Assembly (NCBI GenBank): GCA_964490125.1
Contig: CAZBAJ010000001.1
Coordinates: 67,573 to 131,572 of the forward strand
Direction: 5' to 3'
Length of the DNA: 64,000 nt
Source: an uncultured Candidatus Saccharibacteria bacterium
Lineage (GTDB): Bacteria; Patescibacteriota; WWE3; UBA101185; UBA10185
Shown: in pieces, positions 16,645-26,305 of the stretch
Numbering within the stretch: position 1 is the stretch's first letter
How the letters are laid out: each line of letters begins with the position of its first letter
The notes under the pieces: model-generated
Told to the model about the DNA's origin: nothing
The model's input: the letters and a program-made list of their open reading frames with translations, nothing else
Database searches by the model: none
Program-made: the position numbers and the translations under genes

Positions 16645-17931
16645 TTAAAGCGGACAAATGGAAGTCACATGCGTTTCCACAACCGATGCCAAACTCATAA
16701 CAGAATTTTCCCGTAATTTCTCCGGGACTTTGTCGTAGCTACCCGGCAGGGTAAACCAAAAAGTGGAACCCTTACCAAGTCCTTCTGATGCTACACCTAC
16801 CTCTCCGCCCATAGTTTCGACCATATTTTTAACAATGTACAAACCCAAACCCGTACCACCGGATTCTGCAATAGTTTGGTAAGAATTATCTATTCTACCG
16901 AATTTATGGAATAAGCGTTTGACATCTTGGGGATCTATGCCCTTGCCCGTGTCGGTAACCGTAAATTTTAAAAATCCATCCGATTGGTTGGTTACGACAA
17001 GCTTAATCCAACCGGTAGTAGTAAATTTAATGGAATTACCCAACAAGTTCACTAGCATTTCTTGCAACTTTCCCCGGTCAGCAAACACATACTGGCAGTC
17101 TCGCGCAATTTCCACGCTAAAGCCCAAACCTTTTTCCCCAGCTTTAATAGAAAAGTCCTGTGTCACCCCGTCTAAAAAGCGTCTAATATCCAATTCCTCA
17201 ATTTTTAACTGCAAACCTCCTTGATCTATTTTAGAGGTATTTAAAGTATCGTTTATCATGTTAAGCATGCGTTCCACACCGTTTTTTGCCTTTGCCAGAT
17301 AGTCTTTTTGCTTGTCCGTCAAACTGCCGTATTTGCTATTTTCCAACATCCAAATATAGCTTTTAATAATGGTCATAGGAGTGCGTAGTTCATGGCTGGC
17401 AATGGAAATAAACTCATCTTTGGACTTTTCCAAAAGCTTTTCCCGCGTAACATCGGTCAGCGTGATAATGCACTCTTCCTGATTCTGCGGGTTCTTTATA
17501 TTGGTCGACTGAAGTTTTAAGTATTTTTTTCCGTACGACGAGTCAAAAACCAGATTCTGTAACAGCACATCCGCCCCTTTAAAACAGTAATCCTGCGGGG
17601 TGATGTTTTGACCTTCTTCGGTTTCCAGACTTAACATGTCGCCCAACTTTTTACCCTCTACCTGATCAGTTGTTACTTGCAACAAGTCTTCCGCCGGCTT
17701 GTTAATAATATTAATATTAAAGTCTTTATTTACCGCCACTACCGCTTCCGAGATGTTATACAGCAGGTTTTCCGTGTGTTCTTTTTCTTGTAATAATTCC
17801 AGTCCGCGTTTGTAGATCTGTTCGGCTAAAATTTGGTGTTCTGGGTTGTTACAAAAAATTTGCGGCTGATTTTGAGAATTATGTGGGTTTGGCGGACTTT
17901 GCAAATTAATCGTCGGAGTGTTTGTGGGCAT
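16645..17931 (-). CDS. Cytoplasmic PAS-domain sensor histidine kinase
   Basis: H-box HELRTPMTIIKSY, HATPase G-boxes (GGTGLGLYIV); no TM segment; no adjacent response regulator. Confidence 0.8.
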   Translation of the reverse strand: MPTNTPTINLQSPPNPHNSQNQPQIFCNNPEHQILAEQIYKRGLELLQEKEHTENLLYNISEAVVAVNKDFNINIINKPAEDLLQVTTDQVEGKKLGDMLSLETEEGQNITPQDYCFKGADVLLQNLVFDSSYGKKYLKLQSTNIKNPQNQEECIITLTDVTREKLLEKSKDEFISIASHELRTPMTIIKSYIWMLENSKYGSLTDKQKDYLAKAKNGVERMLNMINDTLNTSKIDQGGLQLKIEELDIRRFLDGVTQDFSIKAGEKGLGFSVEIARDCQYVFADRGKLQEMLVNLLGNSIKFTTTGWIKLVVTNQSDGFLKFTVTDTGKGIDPQDVKRLFHKFGRIDNSYQTIAESGGTGLGLYIVKNMVETMGGEVGVASEGLGKGSTFWFTLPGSYDKVPEKLRENSVMSLASVVETHVTSICPL

Positions 17932-17949
17932 GGTTAAAATGTATCAGTA

Positions 17950-20832
17950 GTGCATTCAAGCGTCAAATTTGGTAAGATTTTGACTATGTTAAAAGAGACA
18001 AAAACCCTACCGCAAATGGAAAATGATGTTTTGGACTTTTGGAAAAGCCAAAATATTTTTGAGAAGTCGGTTGACAAGAACTCTGTTGACAACGCGTATG
18101 TTTTTTACGACGGTCCGCCTTTTATTTCCGGTCTCCCGCATTACGGTCATCTGCTTGGGTCTATTGCCAAAGATGTAATTCCTAGATATTGGACTATGAA
18201 AGGCAAGCGCGTTGAGCGGGTGTGGGGTTGGGATGCCCATGGTTTAACGGTGGAAAATAAAGTTCAAGCGCGACTTGGAATAAAAAACCGGCGCGACATA
18301 GAGAAATTTGGCTTAGAGAAGTTTACGGAGGAGTGTTACAAATATACCTCGGAAATTTCTGCGGAATGGGCTTGGTATGTAGACAAAATCGGGCGGTGGG
18401 TGGACTTTGAGAATGCCTATAGGACAACCGACCAGAGCTATATGGAAAGTGTAATTTGGGCGTTTAAGCAACTGTACGACAAAGGATTTATTTACGAGGG
18501 TATACGGACTTCCTTATATTGTACAACTTGCGGAACGCCGGTTTCTAACTTTGAAATCGCCATGGATAATTCGTACAAAGATTACGAGGATCCGGCTATT
18601 ATCGTTCAGTTTAAAGTATTGACAGAGGGTAAATTCAAGGGTGATTACATTTTGGCTTGGACGACTACTCCATGGACAATTCCCTCCAACCGCGCCTTGG
18701 TGGTTGATCCAAAGGAAGACTATATAGTTTTTGAAAGCGAAGTTCCGGGAAACAGATACATCTGTGCAAAAAAGCGATTGGAAGCAGTAATTGGCGATTC
18801 TAAGCATACGGTTTTGGAAGAATTTAAAGGATTGGAATTGCTGGGTTTAGATTACGAACCGCCGTACAGGTTTTTTAAGTCGAATGATAGAGAGTTTAAA
18901 GTGTACGACTTTGAGGGCATGGTAAATATGGAGGAAGGTACCGGCATTGTCCACAGCGCGCCGGGTTTTGGGGATATTGACACTCAAATGGGCAGGCATT
19001 ATGGGTTGCAGATTATGATGACGATAGACGGTGAAGGCTGTTTTGTCCAAGGTAACGCCGGAGAGAACCCTTTTGTAGGAATGTTTTACACCAAAGCAAA
19101 TCCGGTCATTACCGAGGATTTAGAAAAAAGAGATTTTCTGTTCGACAGTAGTAAAATAGTCCACCGAGTCCCGTATCACGATAGATGTAATACAATTTTG
19201 ATTCAAAAGGCGCAAAATTCTTGGTTTGTAAATGTCCAACAGTTAAAAAGTCAACTAATTGAAAATAATAAGGATATTAATTGGGTACCGGAACATATTA
19301 AAGAAGGTCGGTTTAAAATCGGCATCGAACAGGCGCCTGATTGGTGTATTTCCCGAACGCGCTTTTGGGCAACCCCCATGCCCGTTTGGGAAAGCGAGGA
19401 CGGCGAGCGAGTGGTAATAGGCTCAATTAAAGAGTTGGAAGAATTGTCGGGCAAAAAAGTGGAGAATCTACACCGGCCGTATATTGACGAGATTACTTTT
19501 ACTAAAAACGGCAAGCTGTTTAAGCGTCGCACAGAGGTTTTGGATTCCTGGATGGAAGCAGGTTCCATGCCGTACGCGCAGATTCACTATCCGTTTGAGC
19601 ATAAAGATAAGTTTGAGAAGAATTTTCCCGGCGATTACATCGTGGAATATATTCCGCAAGTACGGGCGTGGTTTTATGTCATGCATGTCTTGTCGACCGC
19701 GCTTTTTGGTACAAAATCCTTTAAGAATGTTGTTTGCACTGGAACCATGGCAGGCAACGACGGACGCAAGATGAGCAAAACCTTTGGAAACTACGCAGAT
19801 CCTAAGGATGTTTTAAATAAATATGGGGGCGATGCGCTAAGGCTTTATCTTTTGGGCTCGCCGTTAATGGTAGGGGAAAATGCCAATTTTGACGAGTTGG
19901 ATATAAAGAATAAGTTGCAACGGACATTGAATCCGCTTTGGAATAGTTACAAATTTTTTGAGACTTACGCTACTGCCAATAATTGGACTGCAGGAAAAAC
20001 CTCTACTAGTACACATATTTTGGATGTATGGATCAAGCTACGACTAAGTCAAACCATCAAGTCAATATCGGAAAATTTGGAAAGTTATACTACTCCGCCG
20101 GCGGTTAGGGTTGTAGAGGACTTTGTAGACGATTTGTCTCGTTGGTATGTGAGAAGGTCGCGGGATAGGGTTTCCGGTGGAGATAATGAGGCTTTGTCGA
20201 CTTTGTACCAAGTCTTACTGCAACTTACCCACGCTATCGCGCCAATAATTCCATTTTTGGCAGAGTCAATGTATTTAGGACTCCAAAAATTCGATTCAAC
20301 CCTCAAGGAAGCGTCAATCCATCTAAGGTCGTACACGGATTTTTCCTTTAATTCAGAAAGTCAGCAAAATATTCTGGACGACATGGAAACCGCCAAGAAA
20401 ATTGCGTCTCAAGCCTTGTCAGCAAGGACAGAAAGCGGTATAGCAGTTAGACAACCCTTGGCAAAAATCAGCGTCTTAGGCGTCGTACCGCTAACTAAAG
20501 AATACGACCAGTTAATAAAAGACGAGGTCAATGTTAAAGCCGTTGAGTGGGTTGACGCAAAGCAGTCCGAAGAGGAGAAGGCGGAGTTAAAAGTAATTCT
20601 GGATACTACTATTACCGAAGAACTTAAAATAGAGGGAATTGCCAGGGAGTTGGTGCGGGCAATTCAGGATTTGCGCAAAGAAAAAGGTTTAACAGTAAAT
20701 CAAAAAGTAAAAGTGACTTACCCGGCAACACCGGAAAATACCAAAGCGGTACAAGTTTTTGGCGAAGAGATAAGCCAAAAGGTGGGCGCAACGGAGTTAG
20801 TTTCCGGCAATGCGTTGGTACTAACCCGATAA
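17950..20832 (+). CDS. ileS: Isoleucyl-tRNA synthetase (eukaryote/archaea-like type)
   Basis: HYGH and KMSKT motifs, CP1 editing domain; 960 aa. Confidence 0.9.
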   Translation: MHSSVKFGKILTMLKETKTLPQMENDVLDFWKSQNIFEKSVDKNSVDNAYVFYDGPPFISGLPHYGHLLGSIAKDVIPRYWTMKGKRVERVWGWDAHGLTVENKVQARLGIKNRRDIEKFGLEKFTEECYKYTSEISAEWAWYVDKIGRWVDFENAYRTTDQSYMESVIWAFKQLYDKGFIYEGIRTSLYCTTCGTPVSNFEIAMDNSYKDYEDPAIIVQFKVLTEGKFKGDYILAWTTTPWTIPSNRALVVDPKEDYIVFESEVPGNRYICAKKRLEAVIGDSKHTVLEEFKGLELLGLDYEPPYRFFKSNDREFKVYDFEGMVNMEEGTGIVHSAPGFGDIDTQMGRHYGLQIMMTIDGEGCFVQGNAGENPFVGMFYTKANPVITEDLEKRDFLFDSSKIVHRVPYHDRCNTILIQKAQNSWFVNVQQLKSQLIENNKDINWVPEHIKEGRFKIGIEQAPDWCISRTRFWATPMPVWESEDGERVVIGSIKELEELSGKKVENLHRPYIDEITFTKNGKLFKRRTEVLDSWMEAGSMPYAQIHYPFEHKDKFEKNFPGDYIVEYIPQVRAWFYVMHVLSTALFGTKSFKNVVCTGTMAGNDGRKMSKTFGNYADPKDVLNKYGGDALRLYLLGSPLMVGENANFDELDIKNKLQRTLNPLWNSYKFFETYATANNWTAGKTSTSTHILDVWIKLRLSQTIKSISENLESYTTPPAVRVVEDFVDDLSRWYVRRSRDRVSGGDNEALSTLYQVLLQLTHAIAPIIPFLAESMYLGLQKFDSTLKEASIHLRSYTDFSFNSESQQNILDDMETAKKIASQALSARTESGIAVRQPLAKISVLGVVPLTKEYDQLIKDEVNVKAVEWVDAKQSEEEKAELKVILDTTITEELKIEGIARELVRAIQDLRKEKGLTVNQKVKVTYPATPENTKAVQVFGEEISQKVGATELVSGNALVLTR

Positions 20833-20897
20833 TTGACCTTGGTATATTCGGTTATACCAAAATTGGTTAAAACGGTATACCGCGGTATACTACACGC

Positions 20898-21827
20898 GTG
20901 ACCTGGTTTGCTTTTACAATCATCTCGCCTATTTTAAACGCGCTGGTAAATTATATTGACAAATATCTAATAGAAAAGGTGGTTGAGGGCAGGGGAATAG
21001 GCTCGCTCATAATTTTTAGCGCATTAATGGGTCTGCCGGTGGCGCTTTTAATTTTGCTTTTTGGACCAAATGTTTTTGGAATTTCCACAAAAAACGCGCT
21101 ACTAATAATGCTAAATGGGACTTTTTATGTAGCCTGGGTTTTGCCTTACCTTTACGCACTTCAGAAAGACGAGGCATCAGTGGTAGTTCCGCTCATTTTA
21201 CAACTTACCTCTGTGTTAGCTTTTATTCTTGGATTTATATTCCTTGGGGAAACATTAAGCTTACGACAAGTTATCGGCTGTTTGTTGATTTTGATTGGTG
21301 CTTTAGGTTTGACACTGGAAATTAACTCCTCAATCGGTGGAAAATCCACTTATAAGATAAAGTCGGATGTTTTGCTGTTTTCATTGCTGTCTTGCTTCTT
21401 TGCTGCTGTTAGTGGCGTGATATTTAAGTTTATTGCTCTTGAAGAGAGTTTTTGGGTGACCTCGTTTTGGGAAAATATTGGAATTTTCATCTCTGCCCTT
21501 ATTCTTCTATGCATACCTGTCTATAAATCACAATTCCAAAGAGTTTTTAAAAAAGACGCTGTTAGGGTTTTTTCATTAAACGCGTTAAACGAGTCTTTGA
21601 TTTCTGTAGGTAGGACTTCTTTAAACTACGCCACTCTTCTGGCTCCTATCGCCTTGGTATTTTTTGTGGACTCTGGTTTCCAACCTTTTTTTGTTCTATC
21701 CTTTGGTATTCTGCTCTCCATTTTCTTCCCAAAGTTTGTCGAAGAAGATCTTAGACAGGTCAAACTTATTCAAAAGTTCCTTTCTATTCTTATAATGTTC
21801 GGTGGTACATATCTCATATCGTTTTAA
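20898..21827 (+). CDS. Polytopic membrane protein, EamA/DMT-family-like
   Basis: About 10 predicted TM helices in two 5-TM halves; no catalytic motif. Confidence 0.4.
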   Translation: MTWFAFTIISPILNALVNYIDKYLIEKVVEGRGIGSLIIFSALMGLPVALLILLFGPNVFGISTKNALLIMLNGTFYVAWVLPYLYALQKDEASVVVPLILQLTSVLAFILGFIFLGETLSLRQVIGCLLILIGALGLTLEINSSIGGKSTYKIKSDVLLFSLLSCFFAAVSGVIFKFIALEESFWVTSFWENIGIFISALILLCIPVYKSQFQRVFKKDAVRVFSLNALNESLISVGRTSLNYATLLAPIALVFFVDSGFQPFFVLSFGILLSIFFPKFVEEDLRQVKLIQKFLSILIMFGGTYLISF

Positions 21828-22692
21828 CCTATTGACAACTTTCTTATGTACTATTAACATAAGTTTAGTTATGTTAAAAAGATCCTGGTTTCTTATTGCG
21901 GTTTCTTTGTTTTTCTTGTTGTTTTGGGCTGTTGTTAATATTTTTAACCCCGACGAGGTCTGGCAGGGGTACTTTTCTGACACCTACGGCGTTATAGCCT
22001 TGTTTGGTAGCATACTTGGTTTAGTAGTCGCAAGATCTTGGGGCTACTTTAAGAGTCAGATCGGCATCTCCTTGACCTTACTTTCACTTGGATTGATGTG
22101 CCAGTTTTTAGGGCAGGCTGGTTATACTTTTCTGTATTATGCGTATGGTTTAGAAAATGCTTACCCTGCTTTTTGTGAGATATTCTTTGTGTTAAGCGTG
22201 CCGTTGTATATTTTTGGTAGCTATTACATTGCTAAGGCATCTGGTTTACACGCGTCTTTAGAAAAATCGACCAACAAGCTCATTGCCTTATGTACACCTG
22301 TTTTAATTTTAATTTTTTCATATTTTTTCTTTTTAAGAACCTACGATTTTAGTTCCAATCCGTTAATAAATACAATCATAGAAATTTATTATCCATTAGG
22401 TCAGTCACTTTTCTTGTCTATGAGTTTAGTTGCATTTTTGACTACAAGAGGATACCTCGGCGGTATTATGAAAAAACCTGTTCTGATGATTCTTATTGCC
22501 TTGGTATTTCAGTATTTGGCCGACAGCATGTTTATTTACGAGACCACTCATGAAACATGGCAGGCTGGAAGTCTTAGCGCTCTAGTTTTTGTTATTTCGT
22601 ACTCGTTAATGGCGTTGGCTTTAGTTAATTTTCAAAACTTGGCAAAGGTAATTAAATCAGGGTCCCTTCAGACAAGTAGAATCGATGCTTAA
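21802..22692 (+). CDS. Hypothetical polytopic membrane protein
   Basis: Multiple hydrophobic segments; possible start at MLKRSW (21871). Confidence 0.4.
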   Translation: MVHISYRFNLLTTFLCTINISLVMLKRSWFLIAVSLFFLLFWAVVNIFNPDEVWQGYFSDTYGVIALFGSILGLVVARSWGYFKSQIGISLTLLSLGLMCQFLGQAGYTFLYYAYGLENAYPAFCEIFFVLSVPLYIFGSYYIAKASGLHASLEKSTNKLIALCTPVLILIFSYFFFLRTYDFSSNPLINTIIEIYYPLGQSLFLSMSLVAFLTTRGYLGGIMKKPVLMILIALVFQYLADSMFIYETTHETWQAGSLSALVFVISYSLMALALVNFQNLAKVIKSGSLQTSRIDA

Positions 22693-23554
22693 GAAGCCCA
22701 GTCATTTTGCACCCCGTTCTATCCATGTAAATAACCATCTTTGCAAAACTATGGGATATAGTGTAAAATCTTACAGTATGCGTTCTAGCAAGATAGATGT
22801 AAAGACCGATGGATCACTGTGGAGCCAGTTGGCCGACAGGTTTAATACATTTAAAGTAAAAAGATGTATTCACTCAGATGCTGCCGTAAATATCGAAGTT
22901 GGCTGGCCTGTTTTTTTGTCCTTTATAGAAGGTTTAATTAAAGATCTTGGGCATGACAGGCTGACTGTTTTGGATTTTGGGTGCGGGGTAGGGGAGTTTT
23001 GCAGAACCTTAGCTGAATGCGGTCATGAGGTTACAGGCATAGATCATTCCGAGGGAATGCTTTCCTTGGCAAAAAGTAAGGTGGATAGAGGGGTTAAGCT
23101 TATTCATGCAAATCATAAGCACGAGGTTTTTAGTAGTCAAGAATTGGCGGAAAAATACGATGTTGTGACAGCGATACATAGTCTAGAATGGATCGCCGAT
23201 AACGAGGTTGAAGATGCCTTTGTTAATTTATCCAAGGTAATTAAGAAAAATGGTTTTCTGATTTTTGCTGTGTTTCCACAGGGTCATGTTGTGGACTCCC
23301 TAAAGATTAAAGACTTGTTTGAAGATTTCGATTCCCTAGATAAGCCGCATTTTGGATACGCAAATTTTGACGGTGTTAAGGTACCAGTTTGGATAAGAAC
23401 TACGACCATGTACGATAAGATGCTAAAGCCATTAGGTTTTAAAAGAGTCTTTAATGTCGAACCCGATTACCCCAAAGATTTCTTTAAAAAATATAACTGG
23501 ACTGGTTCTAAATACCCAGAAATGACCATTTTAGCTTATAAAAAGCTTGGCTAG
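22685..23554 (+). CDS. Class I SAM-dependent methyltransferase
   Basis: Motif I VLDFGCGVGEF; 289 aa. Confidence 0.65.
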   Translation: MLKKPSHFAPRSIHVNNHLCKTMGYSVKSYSMRSSKIDVKTDGSLWSQLADRFNTFKVKRCIHSDAAVNIEVGWPVFLSFIEGLIKDLGHDRLTVLDFGCGVGEFCRTLAECGHEVTGIDHSEGMLSLAKSKVDRGVKLIHANHKHEVFSSQELAEKYDVVTAIHSLEWIADNEVEDAFVNLSKVIKKNGFLIFAVFPQGHVVDSLKIKDLFEDFDSLDKPHFGYANFDGVKVPVWIRTTTMYDKMLKPLGFKRVFNVEPDYPKDFFKKYNWTGSKYPEMTILAYKKLG

Positions 23555-23568
23555 ACGAGCGCCCCGAA

Positions 23569-24465
23569 TTAAGCAGATTTATTGATTATGTATTTCCTTA
23601 AGAATCTGGCTGGACGGTAGCTTAACTTGCTTTGCCTAAGTCCCTGCAATCCTGTATCTTGTTGTAGATTTATGTATTTAGCCCCGCGTTGTCGTAAAAT
23701 ATTATCTGACTCGTGTTCTAGAAACAGTGAAGAGTCTTCGTACGCAACATCAGCTTTTCCTAAATGTCCCATAGACCATCCGTTTGGCAGTAGTTGACTG
23801 AATGAAAAACCGACAAACTTGTCTTTTATGAAAAGCCCGGTGTTTACACAGTCAAAATGATAAGACGCTTTGATGTACTCCTCTACCGAGTCCAGGTCTT
23901 CTGATGTTTTCGATCTGTCAAAACCTTTATTTTTTGACCACACTTCTGTTAAAGTAAAAACCAGTTTTTGAGTGCCAGGAACGTCAAGATCCAGTAATTG
24001 TACTTTACATCCTGGATTTTTTTTGACAAAGTTGTTTAGCCTTTTTCTCAGTGGTTTATATTTACCCCCCTGCATATTAGCAAAGTCGTTAAGATTGATA
24101 ACATAGTCAAAACCGTCCCTATCTTCTGCAAATTCTACATCGTTACTTAGTCCTGCCAGTGTTATTTCGGGTACCATTTTTAGTTCCTCTGGGCAAGCTA
24201 ACAACTTACTAAACAAGTCCTCTCCCACAGTCGTTCCTAAAAACGAGTGGATCATGACATCTTTTAAATAGTCGACAATTTTAATAACCAGTACATTTTG
24301 GCTTATCGCGTACATGTTTAGGCGTTTGCTGTTCCAGTAGACAAGGCTCATGGGGTTAAAGTCGCTGTAAGGTTCGTAATGCGACACAAAGTCGGCTATT
24401 GTTTGCAACTCACCATGTGTTACTTTTTTAAAGTTTAGGTTATCCATTATAGATATTGACACCAA
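23569..24465 (-). CDS. Hypothetical protein, possibly DUF2156/LPG-synthase-C-like (aminoacyl-tRNA-dependent transferase fold)
   Basis: About 300 aa, pattern SDFNPMSLVYW near N-terminus reminiscent of MprF C-terminal domain family; weak recollection only. Confidence 0.25.
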   Translation of the reverse strand: MVSISIMDNLNFKKVTHGELQTIADFVSHYEPYSDFNPMSLVYWNSKRLNMYAISQNVLVIKIVDYLKDVMIHSFLGTTVGEDLFSKLLACPEELKMVPEITLAGLSNDVEFAEDRDGFDYVINLNDFANMQGGKYKPLRKRLNNFVKKNPGCKVQLLDLDVPGTQKLVFTLTEVWSKNKGFDRSKTSEDLDSVEEYIKASYHFDCVNTGLFIKDKFVGFSFSQLLPNGWSMGHLGKADVAYEDSSLFLEHESDNILRQRGAKYINLQQDTGLQGLRQSKLSYRPARFLRKYIINKSA

Positions 24466-24526
24466 GTTTTAACATGCTAATAATAGTATTATACAGGGTT
24501 AGGGATTTCTCTAACTAGATCGTCAC

Positions 24527-24814
24527 ATGGAGGCGGTTGAGATGGATATTAACAAATACCAGCAGGCTGTACTTAAAATCGTAAACATGCAAAAGGAGAT
24601 CATTGGACCGTTGGCAATAGACATGGCAAAAAGGGTGGGCGCTATTAAAATTGAAAACGGTGTGGTGGAGATTATTGGCGAGCCCAAAGAAGTCCTGCAT
24701 AAATTGGTAAAAGAGTACGAGGTTTTGTTTGGCGCCCTTTCTGTCAAGGTAAGTAAGGATTCTATTAAAGAAATGGGCTTTACCGCGGAAGAATTGCCTG
24801 AGATTTTAAGGTAG
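24527..24814 (+). CDS. Hypothetical small protein (95 aa)
   Basis: ORF only. Confidence 0.35.
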   Translation: MEAVEMDINKYQQAVLKIVNMQKEIIGPLAIDMAKRVGAIKIENGVVEIIGEPKEVLHKLVKEYEVLFGALSVKVSKDSIKEMGFTAEELPEILR

Positions 24815-25720
24815 TTAGCTTAATAGCAGGTTATCATTTTTCTTTAAATAGTTTTTGCTACTTATTACCTTTTTGCCGGTTTTTTCCTCAAGTTCCAGCC
24901 TGGCGTTTTTGGCAATCCGTCCACCCTTTTTAGCGGGGATTTTGTTTTCTTCCAAACCTTTGGTTTGCATAGTTTCAGCAATTTGACGGGTAGAAAGCTC
25001 TGCCAAAGCGGTAAAGACTAATTCCGCATCGGTCATGTGGTCGCGCAGGTTTTGTGTTTTAAGTCCTTTTAGTTTTTTATGGTCTTTTACAGACAGATCA
25101 CTCCATTCCTCATGAATTATATTTGTAAGGAGGGCAAATTCTTTTGATTCCGTAACTTCGTTGTTTTTCCAATAATCGGTTAGTTTATTTCGGACTTCTT
25201 GACCCATCATGCGTTGCTGAATCCATTTGTCACTCCTGCCCATTTTTTGCCAGTATTCGCGACCTCTGCTCAAAGCTTTTTCAGGGTCTGACATTTCCTC
25301 AAGGCGTTCGTATCCAACTTTTGCTAGCCACAGCTTTATTGGTTCTGCTTTAGGACTGGGGACTGATTGAATTAGCCTTAGTAGTGTTTCTACATCAGCA
25401 ACATCGGTTAGATAAAATTTACCATCTGCGGATTCCATTTTCAGTTGGTCACATTTTGTGACCAACTCACTTCCTTCCTTTTTAAGGCGGTTTTTTAGAG
25501 TCGTCCAGTAACTTTTTGCTTTCTTAAAGTCTGTGTGATTAGTCAGTACTGCGACTATATCGATAATAGAAAAATACCATTTTTCTTGGGTTTCATCGTA
25601 AGATCTTCGGATATTAAAACCTTCAAAAGTAGCTAGTAATTTTGGATTATTATTTATTCTGCTCATACAAACTTTATAGCAACAATTTAAATCGTTGTCT
25701 AGTGTGAAATAGTACGACAA
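24815..25720 (-). CDS. BRO-N domain protein (phage antirepressor/DinD-like)
   Basis: N-terminal FEGFNIRRSYDETQEKWYFSIIDIVAVLT matches BRO-N pattern; basic C-terminal domain. Confidence 0.5.
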   Translation of the reverse strand: MSYYFTLDNDLNCCYKVCMSRINNNPKLLATFEGFNIRRSYDETQEKWYFSIIDIVAVLTNHTDFKKAKSYWTTLKNRLKKEGSELVTKCDQLKMESADGKFYLTDVADVETLLRLIQSVPSPKAEPIKLWLAKVGYERLEEMSDPEKALSRGREYWQKMGRSDKWIQQRMMGQEVRNKLTDYWKNNEVTESKEFALLTNIIHEEWSDLSVKDHKKLKGLKTQNLRDHMTDAELVFTALAELSTRQIAETMQTKGLEENKIPAKKGGRIAKNARLELEEKTGKKVISSKNYLKKNDNLLLS

Positions 25721-25819
25721 AATTACTGGGGTTGTTATTTCGTCGATATCTCGAACATTTTTAAACCCTGATACAGGTCATCTAGAAAAACTTACTATGT
25801 ATAAAAATACAATTTACTG

Positions 25820-26221
25820 TTGTATAATATTTTAATGGACATGACGAAAGCAAAAAACGAGGCGTTTATATATTACAACTCAATGCGTGTAGCAGGATTA
25901 TTTTGTCCCGCATTTAATGAGAAAGTTCATGTTACATTGATGGGGTGGAATCATCTGGTTCGACCAAAGAACAAATCTCGTACAAATGCCGATCTGTACA
26001 GAAGATTCAAGTTGTTAAAACATGTTAGAGGGATAGTTGAGAAATCCGCCACTATTCAGGATATAACAATAAAAGGTAATAGGACTTTCTATGCACTGGA
26101 AGCAATGGTTGTTGAGGATGTTAATAATGTTAAGGTTGCGAGAAAGGTACGGGTTTTAATAGCCGACAGTGTAACAGGTAAAAAATTCTATTCCGTTATG
26201 GATAAGAAGAAGAAGATTTAG
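25820..26221 (+). CDS. Hypothetical protein (133 aa)
   Basis: ORF only. Confidence 0.35.
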   Translation: MYNILMDMTKAKNEAFIYYNSMRVAGLFCPAFNEKVHVTLMGWNHLVRPKNKSRTNADLYRRFKLLKHVRGIVEKSATIQDITIKGNRTFYALEAMVVEDVNNVKVARKVRVLIADSVTGKKFYSVMDKKKKI

Positions 26222-26305
26222 GTGAAGTGCCTCACGCTTTGGTCTCGTGGACGTTAGCGTACCGTACGCCAATGGCGTATCACTTCACTGGGACAGTATA
26301 CTACA

